DNA of 64,000 nucleotides from contig ML002220.1 in assembly GCA_003614675.1 (NCBI GenBank), positions 1 to 64,000 on the forward strand, in the 5' to 3' direction. The first letter of the stretch is position 1; the number at the start of each line of letters is the position of its first letter. The position numbers were made by a program, and so were the translations under genes. Source of the DNA: Dimargaris cristalligena (Eukaryota). Below the pieces are notes generated by a model. The model searched no databases. It was not told where the DNA came from and saw only the letters and a program-made list of their open reading frames with translations. Of this stretch, positions 11,420 to 25,753 are shown piece by piece.

Positions 11420-12591
11420 GGCGAAATGGATATATGAATGGAAGAGGGGAATAAAGGAGGGGGCGGAAAGGTAATTCTGGAATACGGAATGGGTTAGCAA
11501 TAGAGAAACAAAGAGGGGATGGATTCAGGCGGAAGTGGTGGTCTTGAAGAACAAGGCCGGTTTCATAACAGTCGTAGGATGCCACAGTGAGCGGGACAAG
11601 CGGCAGTGGCTGGTCGCGGAGAGGGGACAGGTCATAATAAAGGGTGGGTGGCAATGGAATGATAACTGGCTGTGGTTAACAAACGAAGTGCTATCCTATC
11701 AAAATAACTAGAGCGGTGTTCGATAAAGCGGGCCTTGAATGTATTCCATGGAAGGGCGGATCATTGGGAGGGTATCGCCCACGAACGGCAATGTCCCATC
11801 CTACTGGTTGCTGGGGCAGGGACAGACTCTACCTACGCTCCTAAAGGTAGCCGTGACATCAGAGAGTGAAAGGTGTCAGTAAGGGGTGAGATACGCGATC
11901 ACTTCCCCTCTCTGTCCCCATAGCCCATCACAATACCACCCCTCCCTCAGCACCCAAGGCAGCCGGATAGAATAGCCCGTCCATGGCAATGGGGAGCGGT
12001 TAGAGAGGATAGAACAGGAGAGTAGAGGAGAGTTCCCTTGTGGTGGGCCTTGAGTTCCCATGACCACGCAAACAAGCCACTTTAGCACAATGATTTAAAA
12101 ATAAGTGGTCAAATAACAATAGTATGAGACCTGATGGGATGCATCTGGGATTGATTTAACCGCAACATTTACCTTCCTAATGATCCAAATAATGCGGTGG
12201 CGGGAATTCCACAGCCGACCTCTGAGCTCCTTAGCGAGCCAAGGGCCCTTTCAGTTCAGGATTCTCAATAGCGAAGTACAAGAACATTTATGTCTATGTA
12301 TATAGAGATATATATATATATATATATATATAAATACGTGAACACGTTGGTTTGCTACTTGGTCGCCCTCTCCTATCTATGGAGATGGATAATAAGAGGA
12401 GCTACAGTTGAGTGGGCGGTGATATAGATCACGTGATATATACTTTCGATGAATAGCTGGGCGAATGGTAGATTCCACGTACGTAACTGCCCTGGTAGCC
12501 CCTATTACAGCCCTGATTAACTACTAGCGCTGGGGATTTGTTGCCTGCGTTCGTCAGCCAATCTTCGGAGGTTAAAAATGGCCTAGCGAAT

Positions 12592-13270
12592 CTAGTTTGG
12601 CACCATGTGAACCGGCAATTCCTGCCAACAGGGCGGAGATGATTAAAGCGGAATTGAGTCAGGAGTTAGTAGAGCATAAGGTGGATAGAACCCATAAGTT
12701 CCTTACCCGTAACTGTGGCTTAATAACTATACTATGGACTAACATCAACATGAATATTCGAATGAGTCGTATAGCTAAAGCATCCGATATGCGGTACGTA
12801 TGGGCCATATGCATCCCATATGCCTATATGTTGGTGAAATAAATGCGAAAGGTAAGACACGGCATATGAGAGAAAGAAAAGGGATGAAACGACGGGATAA
12901 AATTGAATAACTTACCTTTGACAAGGGATGCATTTATGCATTAGGGCGGGGCCATACCTTGAATGTATGCATGCCTTTTAGTCACGAAGTTCACGGGTAG
13001 CCTATTGGTTGTGCTGAATGATCCCCGCGGTAGTTGGTGACTGTATTAGACATGGTCAGTTATAGATAGGTAGGGGCTCATGTCAGAATCGAGATATAAG
13101 TGACCCTCTCCCCCATGTACAGTTTTTTAATAACTACATAGTCGGGCTATGCCGTATCGAGATGACAGTGTACTGGCTTGTTAGATATATAGATTGTATT
13201 TGGAAAGGGACTGGTGCGGTTGGTAAATGTACCTGGCGGAGCCACCTATTTGATACAGGCAGTATTTATA
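12592..13270 (-). other. Unannotated spliced transcript (lncRNA or 54-aa microprotein gene)
   Basis: Minus-strand introns 12622-12706 (GTAAGG..TACTAAC..GGCAG), 12824-12915 (AAG|GTAAGT..pyrimidine tract..TAG) and possibly 13173-13232; TATAAATA near 13262-13270. Confidence 0.5.
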
Positions 13271-16039
13271 AAGGGAGAAGGTAAGTGAAAGGAGCACGAT
13301 TAAACGTCCTGGTCATTATGGCCATGACTATGACCATGCTAGACCGAAGCCCGCTTTCCATGCGCCAGGTGAGTGGGAAAACGGGCAGATCGCGCGACAC
13401 GTGGATTATCCTATTCATGAATAGAGGTGGTGAACGTGAACTAACCTCACATAGATAGGGTGTATTTCAGGCAGATCCAGGCCCCCAGCGAGTCGTTGGG
13501 CGCTGTGTGATATAGCAGGGGATTATTTCCTCAAGGTTTAGAACAGTAGGATTATTTATAGTTGGGAGAACAAGGGGGACCGGTCGATTATATGGGCAGT
13601 CACCCTAAAGGCCTATATGTATAAGTTCTGGCAGCTCTTATATATATATTGCAAAATATGCGTAGAATTAGTAAGGTGATAGTATTTTACTCAGACCATC
13701 TTCCTTCATAGTCGTTATTACAGCGAAGAGTGGGAGGAGAGAGAAAGAACAGCAGGCTAACGGACTGCTTAGTCCCTCAAATGCACGATTCGTCTCCCCT
13801 TTCACTCTCCCTACTGTTTAGTATATGCCCCCTAACCCTATTACACAGTCCAAGAGAAACCCATCCATACCACACAGAGGACCAGGAAGAGCCCACCGCC
13901 TCTCTCATTTTTGCTATATGAAATCTGAGTAAGAGAGGGCGAACCACGGGCGGCGGGACAAATATAAAATCCCCCATCCCATCGTCAGCGGAGGATCGAC
14001 GCATATATATGTAATGGTATCCCTCCGCAAATATATCCCATTGCTTGGATATTAACTCCCATTCCCCGGTTTATGGAAGATGTGTGATAGGCTGGAAGCG
14101 TAGGCTGATGTGGATTATCTCCAGCCTGGCTTTCTCTCTCTCTCTCTCTCTTTATCTTCCTTTCCGCATCACCCACCATATATGCTGGCGGTCAGCAACC
14201 GCCGCCACTACTCTACTACTCACTCACTCTGCCTGAATAGACGTCAAGTATATAAACCAGGGTCTTTCGCCACCAGTACCCGGTTGTCTTCCGAAACCTG
14301 GACTTGGACTCTCCACCTACTTACTTTACCTATATTGTCTCCAACTATTAGTTGCTATCTCCACCACTGCTGATGTAAGGTGGCTCCGCTTTCCCTCTCT
14401 TCTTATATTCCGTTTTCTGGCTGTTATGTTTCACCATAACTGGTGAGTTGGGCCATATTATTTACTGACTCCAAGTTGTGCTGGATAGACGATGCATATG
14501 CGTGTATGTATATTATGTATTACCACTGCCTTATCGCCTTTCACCGCAACCATAGTAACTGCCTGTACATTATTATTACCATTATTATTAGAAGAATAAG
14601 GAAGAGGGATTATCACCACCTATATACCTACTCATCTTGTCCTTCCTTTGCTCTTACATATCCCACATTCTTTTCCTTGGCCTCCTCTTCCTTTGATTAT
14701 TATTAACCCTCCCCATTCACTCCTTCTGGACCACTCACAGTCCATCCTTACGCTTGACCAATCCGTGAGAGGCAACGCCAACGCAACGCAACCCAGCCAG
14801 CCATTATTCCCCCCCATTGTTTTACTCCCACTCCTCCTTCTATGCATATATAATACCCGCCCTTCCCCCTCCCTTCCTTTCCTCTAAACTTCTTTCCATT
14901 TTACTTTGGGGAGTATTTTGTGTGACTCTAGCTTTACCTTGCCGTGGGATCACGTGTTTTTTCTGCTGCCCCCTTCTATTTCTCCCTATTCGGGCCCAAG
15001 CCTATAAAGGGTTTCTTATTCCCGCCCTGCTTCACGCACCTCTTGCCTATAAGCATAACCGTCGGATACCATCGGTTTTTCTGCCCAGCCTTCCCCCTCC
15101 CCTTCACCACTGTCCTCCCTCATTTTTTGTCCCACCTTTGTTTTATTTCCCCCATTTATATTTCTTCTTTTTCTTACCTGTGCGAGTGTGCAGCTTTCAT
15201 TAGTTGGGCGCCTATATACTGTAGGAGTGTGTCTGTTAGCTGTACCTAATAGGTGTGTACCGTATTACTCTCCCTGTAGCCCTATTTGACTCTTTCCTTA
15301 TCCTCACGCCACTCCGGTCTATTACCCACGGACCGCTTTCCCTTTTCCAGCCACACTTCCCCCGTCCCTGTCGTTAGAGTGGACCAGGCATTGCTTCCTT
15401 CCATTATTGGTGGTTAACAAGCAGTGGTTCTTCCCTCCGCCTAGACCAATTCCAATCCATCCGTAAGAAAGAAGCAACCCGTCCTTTATTTAAGTCCGCG
15501 ATAGTTTGGATGCCATTCACCAAACCCAATTGGCTGTTTTTTTTATCGCCCTCCCTCCTCCCCTAGCGAATCCTCGCTTAGATTCCCTTTTGCAGTGTAA
15601 CCGACTCGCTTTCTCCGCATTCTTTTGAGCTGACGTTTCTCCTCTCCTAGAGACGCCGTTAAAGTTCCTGACCAGGCTACACCTTTTATATACACTTACA
15701 TTAGTGACTTAGTCGGTTTCACAAAATTAACTATATTGCTATTGTTACCCCCTCTTCCCTTCCCTTTCCTCTCCACTCGCCAGTATACCAGAGTTGTCAC
15801 TTTCTAATGGTGGGGATGTCTATAATAGTAACCTCTTCCTCCAGCAGGTCATTGTCCTAGATACATACCTATATAGACCACTATTATTCACCTCCCCTTT
15901 TTATCATTTCTCCCTATATATAGGCCCCTCCTGCCGCCATTATCCGTTGGATTCTTTACCATCTGGCGGGTTAGCGCCCCCTTACCGTGGCCGATTGCTA
16001 ATTATTCTATTATTTAGCACCCCCGAGACTTTTATTCAA

Positions 16040-19000
16040 ATGCTTATTATATTTTTGCTGGACACGAGTGCATCAATGAATGCACTCATGCCCGATGGCC
16101 TCAGTCATTTGGACTGTGCCAAGTCGGGCATCGAGTATTTCATCAAGGTAGGTTATGTGGCCAGATCTATCCACGTGACTATATGCGTTATATTGCCCCA
16201 CATCTTTCATTTAACACTAAGCCTTATAATTGGTGCTTCATATATATTTGGGGCCCTAATTCTACGGTCATTTTTTACATCGACTATATATATATATCCC
16301 CCTTTATAACCTACCTACCTTTGCTAATTGTTTTATATACGTTGCATATGGATCGACACACATACCCTTTCTTCTTTTCCAGAAACGCAACAACCAGCGC
16401 GATGACAAGTTCATGCTTCTGACCTACGAAGAAGGCCCGGAATCCATCAAGGTATGTCCTCCCTACTCATATACACCGGGTTCTCTTTCTCAATAATGCC
16501 CATACCACATTGCCGTATTGTGTGGTATACGCCTGCTCTTCCCTATACTATCTGCTTCTGTCGCTTCCCTGTCTTTATCCTTGACCCCGGTCAAGCTGGA
16601 GTGCAGATGACTAGATTCAACCACGGATAACTATCTAGATAGTGCAGCCTTGTGCTCTATCCGCTCCATCTCGGTCATCTGTGCGTCTTGGATGTTATCT
16701 TTCCCCAAGCCCCAGCGACTCGGTCCCGATTAAAGAGCAGTACGGCGGAGCGTGAGGTGCGGCGAAATGGTTTCATCCTTGTTTATGATGTCCTGTATTT
16801 ATATCTGATTCGGCTCGTACCACCACATCCCGTGGATTTCCCCGGATTTTCTGTTCAATTCACACTCATTACTTCAGCTCGCTTTGCTTCCTGACAATTA
16901 TTAACTTCCATGATGATTGATTTCCATAAACTACATCCTTCCTCTAATCCCACCTCCATCACTACAGGCCCGGATACGAGATCCACCCCCCTATCTGCTC
17001 GACCAAGTTAAAAACCTACGGGCCTACGATATGTTCAACGGAGGAGTGGCCCTAGGTACCATCTTCGACCAACTCAATCTCTATCGCAATCTCCAGGACA
17101 TGGATACCTTTGGCCTTGGTCGGCGGCCGTGGGCATCCGAGCCTGCCCTCATACTATGGTTTACCGACGGACGAACCATGATTCAGCCCAATGGGTCATC
17201 CGATAAACTCAATATTCCGGGTCTCGTTTCCCCTGGCGCCGAGCGGTATTTAGAGCCATTTCGCTGGGACCAGCGACTATTTACCATCTACCTCAATGCC
17301 ATACCCCAGCTTCCAGCTGTTGAACCCCAGATTAATGCCATGTGCGACGTAATGGGCGGCGCCTCCATTCATGTATCCACCCTACGCTCTCTCCAGCAGA
17401 GCATCGACACGATGCTTGGGATGGCTAAGCCAAGCAAGGAAATGGTTAATAATACCCCGTTCATTGCCCAGCCTCACGGCGTTTTAGTGAATTTTGAGTG
17501 CATGACAAGTAAGTTTTCCGGCTTTAGTATATGCGCGAACATTTTTAAATCCGATGGTATAGACAGCTAGCCCTCGGTGAACTTCACACTCTGGTTAGTG
17601 GTTTGGCTCTGCTGTGGTATACCCTAGTTTGAACCAATGTCATCTAACCGTAATCCCCGGATGATCGCCTTCTTCACCCATACCCTTTGTTTGAACCCCC
17701 TCTCTCTATACAGGCGACCCCAAAGTACCCCCCAATGCTCGTAACTTTCACCGCCTTATTTCACTGATTGGTAGTAACGGTCGAAATACCGGGTTCTTTC
17801 CTATTCCCGAGGCCTACTGGCCGGGGGAACAGGCTGCCCCTCCAGCAAGGAAAGCCCACCCGTCTATTCTTTACCACCCTGTTAACGCACCCGTTAATAT
17901 CCCAGGCGGTTTTCCTTTCGACAAGTACACAGTCGATCCCTGTCCGATGACCCAGGACCTGTTAAAACAGCCGCCCAATACTTACTGGCAAGTTTTCGTA
18001 CCTAATAGTTACAAGACTCCCGGCGGGGGATTCCCCTTTGGCTTTCTGAGGGCCAATACGATCCAAACGGCTGTAAACCTCTATATTCTGCCCTACAACT
18101 ACCAGGCGTTATTTATTCTGCTAGGTAAGTGAGCGGTACCATATGGATGAAATTCAAGCCAGCTGTATAGGGCTTTACATAATACGTGTATGGGCGAACA
18201 TATGTGAAAATAGCATTTAACCAGTAATATTGGCCTCATCCAATGGATTTTTCGTTATACAGCCTGAATGAACTTCTCCCATATCCTTACCCGTTGGGCT
18301 TCTAGATTTAGCCTGACAGTAATTTGCGCTTTTTATTTTCTCCTCTAAAGACCACCCATTAATGTCCTATTTAGATATGGTCTAATGATTAACGGTCTAT
18401 TTTCTCACCTACGCTACTGTGGACATTCTTCTAATTTACGCTTCATATCATCGGCCTGCCGATTTGTTCATCGCAAACAGACAATCTCAAGAAAATCCCG
18501 AACCAAGTGCCTACACCCAAGTGGAACAAGGACTTTGAGGAATACCTGAACCACACACCCCTGTATTACATATGGTTTCTGCGCAACGCCCTCAACCTTT
18601 ACGGTCTAGCCCAAATCAGTGCCCTCCAGTGGAGCTCCGAGTCCATGCGTATATCTAAGCGCCTGGATATGATGCGCGCTGCCTTGCGTGTCGATGCCGA
18701 GCGCCTTATCGGAGTCGCCCGGAAATTGTTTATCCCTATCAGTCGAGTGGTCAAAACCGAAGTGGACGACGCTTTAGTTCTGACTACCAACGCCTTTGAC
18801 GTGGTTCGCGGAGATCTCGCCGTACGCCTCAGCAAGTTTCGGGCCCTGTTCGTGGAAGACTATGTCCAAAATGGGGATGACCCCGCTTACCACCAGTATC
18901 AGCAACATCAGCAGTTCCAGACCGACGAGGCCCGCCATAGCGTCCCGATTGCCATGATGGGACAGTTCCAGTCGATTATGACCCGCAATGTAGAGCAAGA

Positions 19001-20633
19001 GCTGCGCGACCCACTGGCCGATGAAGAACAGTTGCGTCAACGCAAGCGATCCATGTTCGGTAACCCTTACGTGCGGTACGACAAGCGTGCCCCTGCGTTG
19101 GATAACGTAAACGAGGATATGGCCCTAGATCTGAACGAGACCCAAGACGAGACGTCGCCACCCACGCCACTACGAGGCAAACCAGCTAGCCGAGGTGGGC
19201 CTATACGTCGCCGGTTCTTGAACTCCGCGCTCCGTAAACGCAAACCCTCGTCCCAGGACGTGGCGGGCTTGGGGCCACCCGCCCACCGGGCCTGGCCCTC
19301 CGCCGGGGGCAATATAGTGTCCATCGGAGCAATTACTGCGCCTAAGAATGACGTGTTCTCAGCGGTTAAAGCGGAACCGACCGACGCTAAAGTCGAATCG
19401 GCGTTTGATACTTCCAGGGCATCCTCCGCCCTGGATCAGGCTCTGCCGCCCACGCCCATGCCGACACCGCCCCTTTCGGTCACACCCACCCCTGCTCCGG
19501 TCACCACCAATGGATTGCCGAGCGTTCCGTCGCCCCTGGGAACCCTCCCCGTTTCGGACCCTAAAAACTCTACTGATAATGTACCTCAGCCGCCCCCCCG
19601 CAGCCCTAGTCTCTTCATGCCTAACCCCCAATGGCCCTCGACCTCGAGTCCCACACCCACCATTGCGTCGACCGATTCTACGGCTCTCCTTACCCTAGGT
19701 AGCAGTGACCCTCCGACGACGGCCGGGGGTAGTGGGGACCCTGGCTCGCCCGAAGGGGCCGATTCCGATATTCTTTCGTCGTGGAAACTGGCCATGTCCA
19801 CCGCCCAGCAGCTCGACACGCCCGACTCGATTGATTCGACGGAGGCTGTTCAAGAGGTGAATGGTACAGCTAGCCGGGGAGGTCTGCCTGCAGAGTCTTC
19901 CATAGGGGCAGGTCAACAGCAGCACCCGCTGGTGATGGGAGGTGGGTCACTCCCTCGACCCCGGTCGGCCTCTCCGAACATGTTGGGCCTGGGAGGCGCA
20001 TTACCTGCTCTAACCACGGGACCAGTGCTGGCTTCTGTAACCGCCACCCTCCCCCGCCCCTCCGCTCGGGAAGGCGGTAGTGTTGCCCGAATTATGGGTC
20101 GATCCACCGAAGCTGGACCAGGCCCTAGTACCACCACCGCAGGTTCATCCCCGATTTTGGGGACGATTAGTCCGGCCAGTATCCTGTCCACTAGTTCTCT
20201 TTGGCAAGGGGATATGACCCCCCAGGCGCCCCCTTCTCTATCGGGCCATCGCTCCTCTCTATTGCCACCTCATTCCAGAAATGCCGCGGACTCTAGCGGA
20301 AACACCTCCCCCCGCCTGAAACATCTACCCCAACCGACGAACGGTAGCAGTCCGGTTAACGGAGTGGGAAATGGTAGCCCAGGTTCCTCCCCACATTTGA
20401 TCCGCGAAAGTTTCCTCGAATTCAAGAACAAGCTGCTTAAGCAACTCAAGATGGACCCCCGCAATTACGACGAGTCGGCGGTGTTGCAACGCTTGAACAC
20501 CGTAGAGGCTAGTCCGTCGTTTAATTTGTCCCAGAAAATGACCCTGATTAATTCATGTGTGAGTATTGCGAAGGGCTTGCGACGACGGGCAGTGGTGGAT
20601 AAACTGGAGCGGATGCGCAAGACTTTGGTTTAA
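16040..20633 (+). CDS. INTS6: Integrator complex subunit 6 homolog (VWA domain, INTS6 core, Pro/Ser-rich linker, INTS6/SAGE1/DDX26B C-terminal domain); exons 16040-16147, 16383-16451, 16968-17508, 17714-18124, 18481-20633
   Basis: MLIIFLLDTSASMN..SHLDCAKSGIEYFIK, DKFMLLTYEE, LILWFTDG, LEPFRWDQRLF, MCDVMGG, FPIPEAYWP, FPFDKYTVDP, PFGFLRAN, LYILPYNY, HSVPIAMMGQF, MFGNPY; all introns GT-AG and frame-consistent. Confidence 0.92.
18145..18280 (+). mobile_element. 136-bp MITE copy in intron 4 of INTS6, ATAT TSD
   Basis: Near-identical and colinear to 7895-8030; ATAT at 18141-18144 and 18281-18284; starts 20 nt after the donor GT at 18125. Confidence 0.85.
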
Positions 20634-22458
20634 CCGTGGCAGCAATACCCCCTGCCTATTATGTTAGTATAACTGTGATGGTAGTAGTAATGGGGGTTGA
20701 GATACGGAGCTCCCCCTCCCCTACCGACACGGTTATACACCTAGGCCCCGCTTTTTTTAATTGCCTAGACTCGCGGAACACATGTATGTATGTATACCAC
20801 CACCCTTCCATCCCTTTCATCGCTCGGGTATCTTCATCCGTATTCTTTCTTGGGTCCCAGAATCAAAAAAGCATCTCTAGCGAGGGATGCTATGTAATAC
20901 TCTGTTGCTGGTTTCTCCTTCGGGTTATTGCCCCCCTTTTTTTTCATTCTTTATTTCCGTTCATCCCAGATACTCACATCCATTCTCTTTAATTTCGCTG
21001 TACACTATGTTACTCATCGTTGGTATTCGTCGTTTCTTTCATCAAAATTCGCTATGGGCTTATTTCGGATCTGGTTTTAATTTGGTTTTGTTATTTTATT
21101 TTATTTGGCTGCATATAGATTGGTGCACAATAAATAGATCGTCATATTCTTTTTGCAGTCGATTTGAATGGCTGTGTAAGCCAGGTAGGAGGTACGTGGG
21201 GCCAAGACAATAGATTAATCGCATTCTACGGAATGTGACTACGTAAAACAACTTGAACTAATGTAATTGGACCTTCTGTGAGAGAATTCGCTGATGTGGT
21301 GTGCTGCCAATTATCTAATGGTGAGCCAAACATGGATGTGTAAAATGTATACGTAGAGAAACTAGATACCCTATGGGAAGAAGAATCACGTAATCACATT
21401 CCCCACAATGAACCGAATAGACTACTTTCGGATCTATCGTAAGTTGACATCAACTTGTATACTACGTAAATAGTGGCGTATATATATTGTACCTTGGGGT
21501 AGGAAGAGGGAGGGAGGGAGAGCAATAGGGGGTGCCGATGGTACTAGGATTGTAAATGGTGGGTATATCATCTATCCTCCTACGCCAAGCCCAACTATTT
21601 TTAGTTGGCGTCTATGGAACATGCCTATGTATATGTGTGTTTGTGTGTGGTGCGGGAAATACCCCCCCTCCCTCATCACCAATACTAGAACAGCTTGCGT
21701 CTTTTTTTCCGGGTGGTGTCTTATTGAATTAGTTGTCGGAACGGGATATCCCATTATCTGTCACTAACTGGCGCGTGGAATGGAAGTAACCTAACGTTAC
21801 TATATATATATATATATATACGTCATTAATCTTAAAATTGGGCTGGAATGTGTGATGAAATGCCGCTGTCGTTGTCGTGGTGGTGGTGGTGGCGGATAAT
21901 TTGCATTTTAACAACTAGTGGGTTAACGGTTGGTTGGTTAGGTAGACGGAACGCCAAATGAGGGAGAGAAGGGGAAAGGGGTGGTGGGTGGGAGGAGGGA
22001 CCTTCCTCACAAGAGAAAGGGTTGAAGAGAGAGAGAGAGAGAGAGAGAAGCGGGGTGCGGGTCCCATGATTCGGGGCCTAATTAACGTGCTAATTTACTA
22101 AAAGGTGGAATTAGAGCGTGGGTACGCGCCAGTGGATCTGTGGTACATACTTCCCCTCTTCTCTTACTTGACTCGGGTTGATGTCGTGCACATTTTGATA
22201 TGATTATTTTACAATATCAATATCAATAGCAATACCAATACCGACATACATATCTATATATAGTCGCCGATCAAGGTATAGAGAAGTCCTTGGGTACATA
22301 CATAAATAAAGGGTCGTGTAGTTGGTTCTGCTTAATATAACCGGCACAAACAACTATCCCCGCCACTTCCGTTTCACTTATCCTCTGTATTCCCCACCCA
22401 CTTCCAAAGCCGTTTTGGCTTGACGATACCTTCCATGATTAGTTTCGGCGGCTTCCTG

Positions 22459-22497
<39 letters not shown>

Positions 22498-25400
22498 CGT
22501 GTGCTGGAGCATGTGCAATAGCCCCAATTAGGTTGGTGCATTATTTTACATCAATAATAGCACTATTATCTGATTTGGCCTGCCGTATAGGGGAGGGGGT
22601 TCGTCAACTGGGAATGGCTGTATTGCCGAAGACGATGGGTATGTTATGCACAGACAATAAAATATTTTAAAAAAATGAAGGAAAAATTAACCACCCATAT
22701 CCTCCACATAACCCAGGAAGTAGCAAGTGTGATATTCTTTGGTCACTTCGACCAGCAGCCGGCATGCATAGATGAACTGGCCTTACTAACGTCCGATTTG
22801 GAGGAGAAGAGGGAGTTTTTTTATATATATTTTTGTAAGAGAGTGTGTGCCAATTTATGCAGTCCATTCGGTTTAATAGGATCCAAAGAAGAAAGAGGCG
22901 GGCCGGAGATTCCTCCCCCATTATCATTGTAATCAATCCCACTTCCTTCTCCCCTTGGCGTGCGTTGCTTTGGGTGGCTTTACTGTATAGTAGCGTTAGA
23001 TTATTCTGCCAAACATGGAGGGGGGGTGAAACCCCCCCCCCTCTTCTCTCCTTATCCGTATGAGACCACTATATACCTCCACCATACCGACCTTCAGGAA
23101 ACCACTTAGACTTGGTGTAGCTGGTTGTTAATGGGGGGCCCTTGATCACCCGGTTCGGTCGAATCAAAAAGGACCCTTCCTCAACTCAGCCACCACGAAA
23201 TTGGCCTATATATGTATATAATACTCATGAGGAGGGGAGGAGGATCTCTCTATTTGCCTGTATGGAGGTATATTATGTACGTGCGGGCGGAGGGTTGATT
23301 TACCATAGTTTATCAATATACCCACTGCTCTGACAGCCCCCCCCCGCCCGTAACCTCTCCTCTGGGCAGTTGGCTCGTGTTCGAAACGGTGGTGTAAGTA
23401 TAAAGGGACACGGATGGAGTTCTAGATAATTCGGAATGGGCGGGTATAGTAGAGTGGTGTAAAGTGGTGTGGGGTTGCGGAAAATTCGGGAGAAAAGAGG
23501 AGGGGGGAAGGGCCCCCCCCCCACGGGATGGGTCAGGCTGGACTCATCATCTGAATGATTAATGGCATCTCGGGCCAGGGGGCTGGGTTGGTGGGATTCT
23601 AAGGAGAGAGAGGGAGTTGTGGCCGACCGGAGGAGGTCAATGTGAATATTTATTATTTATTTAGCGGGGTTGATGTGTTTTTTTAGATGTTTGGGATCTG
23701 CTCAATTCGAGCCGCTGCTCTGACCTCTCACCACAGTGGCGGCATTTTTTTTTAAGAAGTGCACACAACAACCACTTCTGGCCAAATAATAATCAAACCA
23801 AATCAACAAAGTGGATAGGATAAGCGATTGAAATGTGTGGGGGAAGGGGGTAACACCAGGTAATAATAAGGGTATCACATCTCACTGGTGAAAAACGGGG
23901 TATATGGTATTTTCAAGTAGTTTATTATTGACATTGTGTATGAGGTTTTATACTTTGCCTCCCCGGTTTTCTACCTGCCTACCTACATATGCCTCTCTAT
24001 ATCTATACTGTTCACTTTCACTTAATAATAATAATAATAATATATTCATACTCTAACATGAAGATTTCGGTTTCTGGACCAATCTACTATGGAAGGAAAT
24101 CAGGAGGCTGGAAGAGCGCGGGGAAAGGCAAGAGGAGAGGGGAGAGAGAAGGGGGGGATATATACACTTAACTACAGAAGGACTATAAACCCTAGATCAT
24201 GCTGAGCCAGGGGTATATATGGGATGTTTTAGATATATATATATATATATATATCCTCCAATCGGAATATAGTGGGAGCTTACCCGACTTAAGCGTACCC
24301 AAGACGAAGTACATTTGAAGGGAGGAGGTATATGTTCAATAGAATCAATAGAATCCCATGCGACGGCGCGTTGGAAAGTTGTATAAGTCAATCCGTAGTA
24401 AGTAACCAAGTGGTGAATAGGAAAGCAACATTCCAGTGCCGAATGTGAGACCGCCAGTTGGTTGGTGAGATGGGTGTCGATAAGCGTAGAATAGTATCAA
24501 CCAAAGTTCGTTGCCATTATGATAACGAGTCCGCCGCGGTGTATACCCACATGGCGATAGAGAATATATGGGGGAGACGTAGATTGATAGTATCACCATA
24601 CGCTATGGCTGTCGAATGGCTATACTTCACAATCTTCGCATCGATCCTCCATTCCGACTCCAAACCCAAATCCACCAAGCGTATACACCCTGTCCCTGGC
24701 TCATGTGGGAATAAGGGTTTGTGTGATAAGGGGAGAGAGGGATGATACAGAAGGGCTGGGCAATGCTGTGTTAGCTGGGCTGATGTGTGCCCCTCCCACT
24801 CACTCTCACTCTTACACTTACTCCTTCATGTTACGGCTGGAATCTATCCAAATGGGTGTGTGGATAAAGCAAGGCAAGGGGGGGAGGAAGGGGAGGGGGA
24901 TCACAATACAACTCTACCCATTCCTTAATCCTATTTTCGCTCCAATCCTATCCAATAACACTGGGGACATCAGCGGCACATTCTAAGAGTAATAACCAAT
25001 GGCCAAACACAAAGATGGATTATTAGGTGGAAGGGTGTGTAGAGAGAAGGACTTACTAGAAGATCGGATATTGACTGTTGTACAAACCCTGGTGGGAGAA
25101 AGAGAGTGTGTAGAGGTCCCTCTCTCTCATTTTCCAATTGTCGGCCTGTCTTATTAATTATAGCCATATATCCGGTAGAAGGGTGGGGGGTGAGAGTGTG
25201 GGAGAACATTACGGTGGTTTATTGGAGGGGTGAGTGTGAGGGGGAAAGAGGGGACGTTTTATATATGTACATATTGGGGTGTGTTGTGGCCAAGCATACG
25301 CTGCTGGCATGATGGTTGTTGGTTGGGGAGAGAGTAAAAAAAGAGTGTGTTAGGCGGAAAGCCCACTCTCCCCACTCGAAGAAGAGTATCGAAAAAGGCA

Positions 25401-25753
25401 CGGAGACAGACACGTAAAGAAAAGGATTAAGAAAGTTGGAACACGGCTCCGGCGAAAAAATTGTTATTGTGTTACAAATGAAGGGTTAAGAAGGATGGGT
25501 CGGGGTTATTCCGGGGATAATAATAATGATAATGATATAGAGCGCCACGACTAATGGCGATAAGGAAGGGGGAAAGTGTCCAAGGTGTAATTTAGTAGGG
25601 ACGGTACATCTCAATGGAGAAAGAGGAGATAAGCGAACCGATCGTTTTGATGCATGGAGGCAGGACGGTAGAAAGGAAGGAACGAGGAAGAAGAAACACG
25701 GGGACCTGTTGTTTGCTCCACCTCGATCTCTCACTTTATCTCACACCCTTTTT

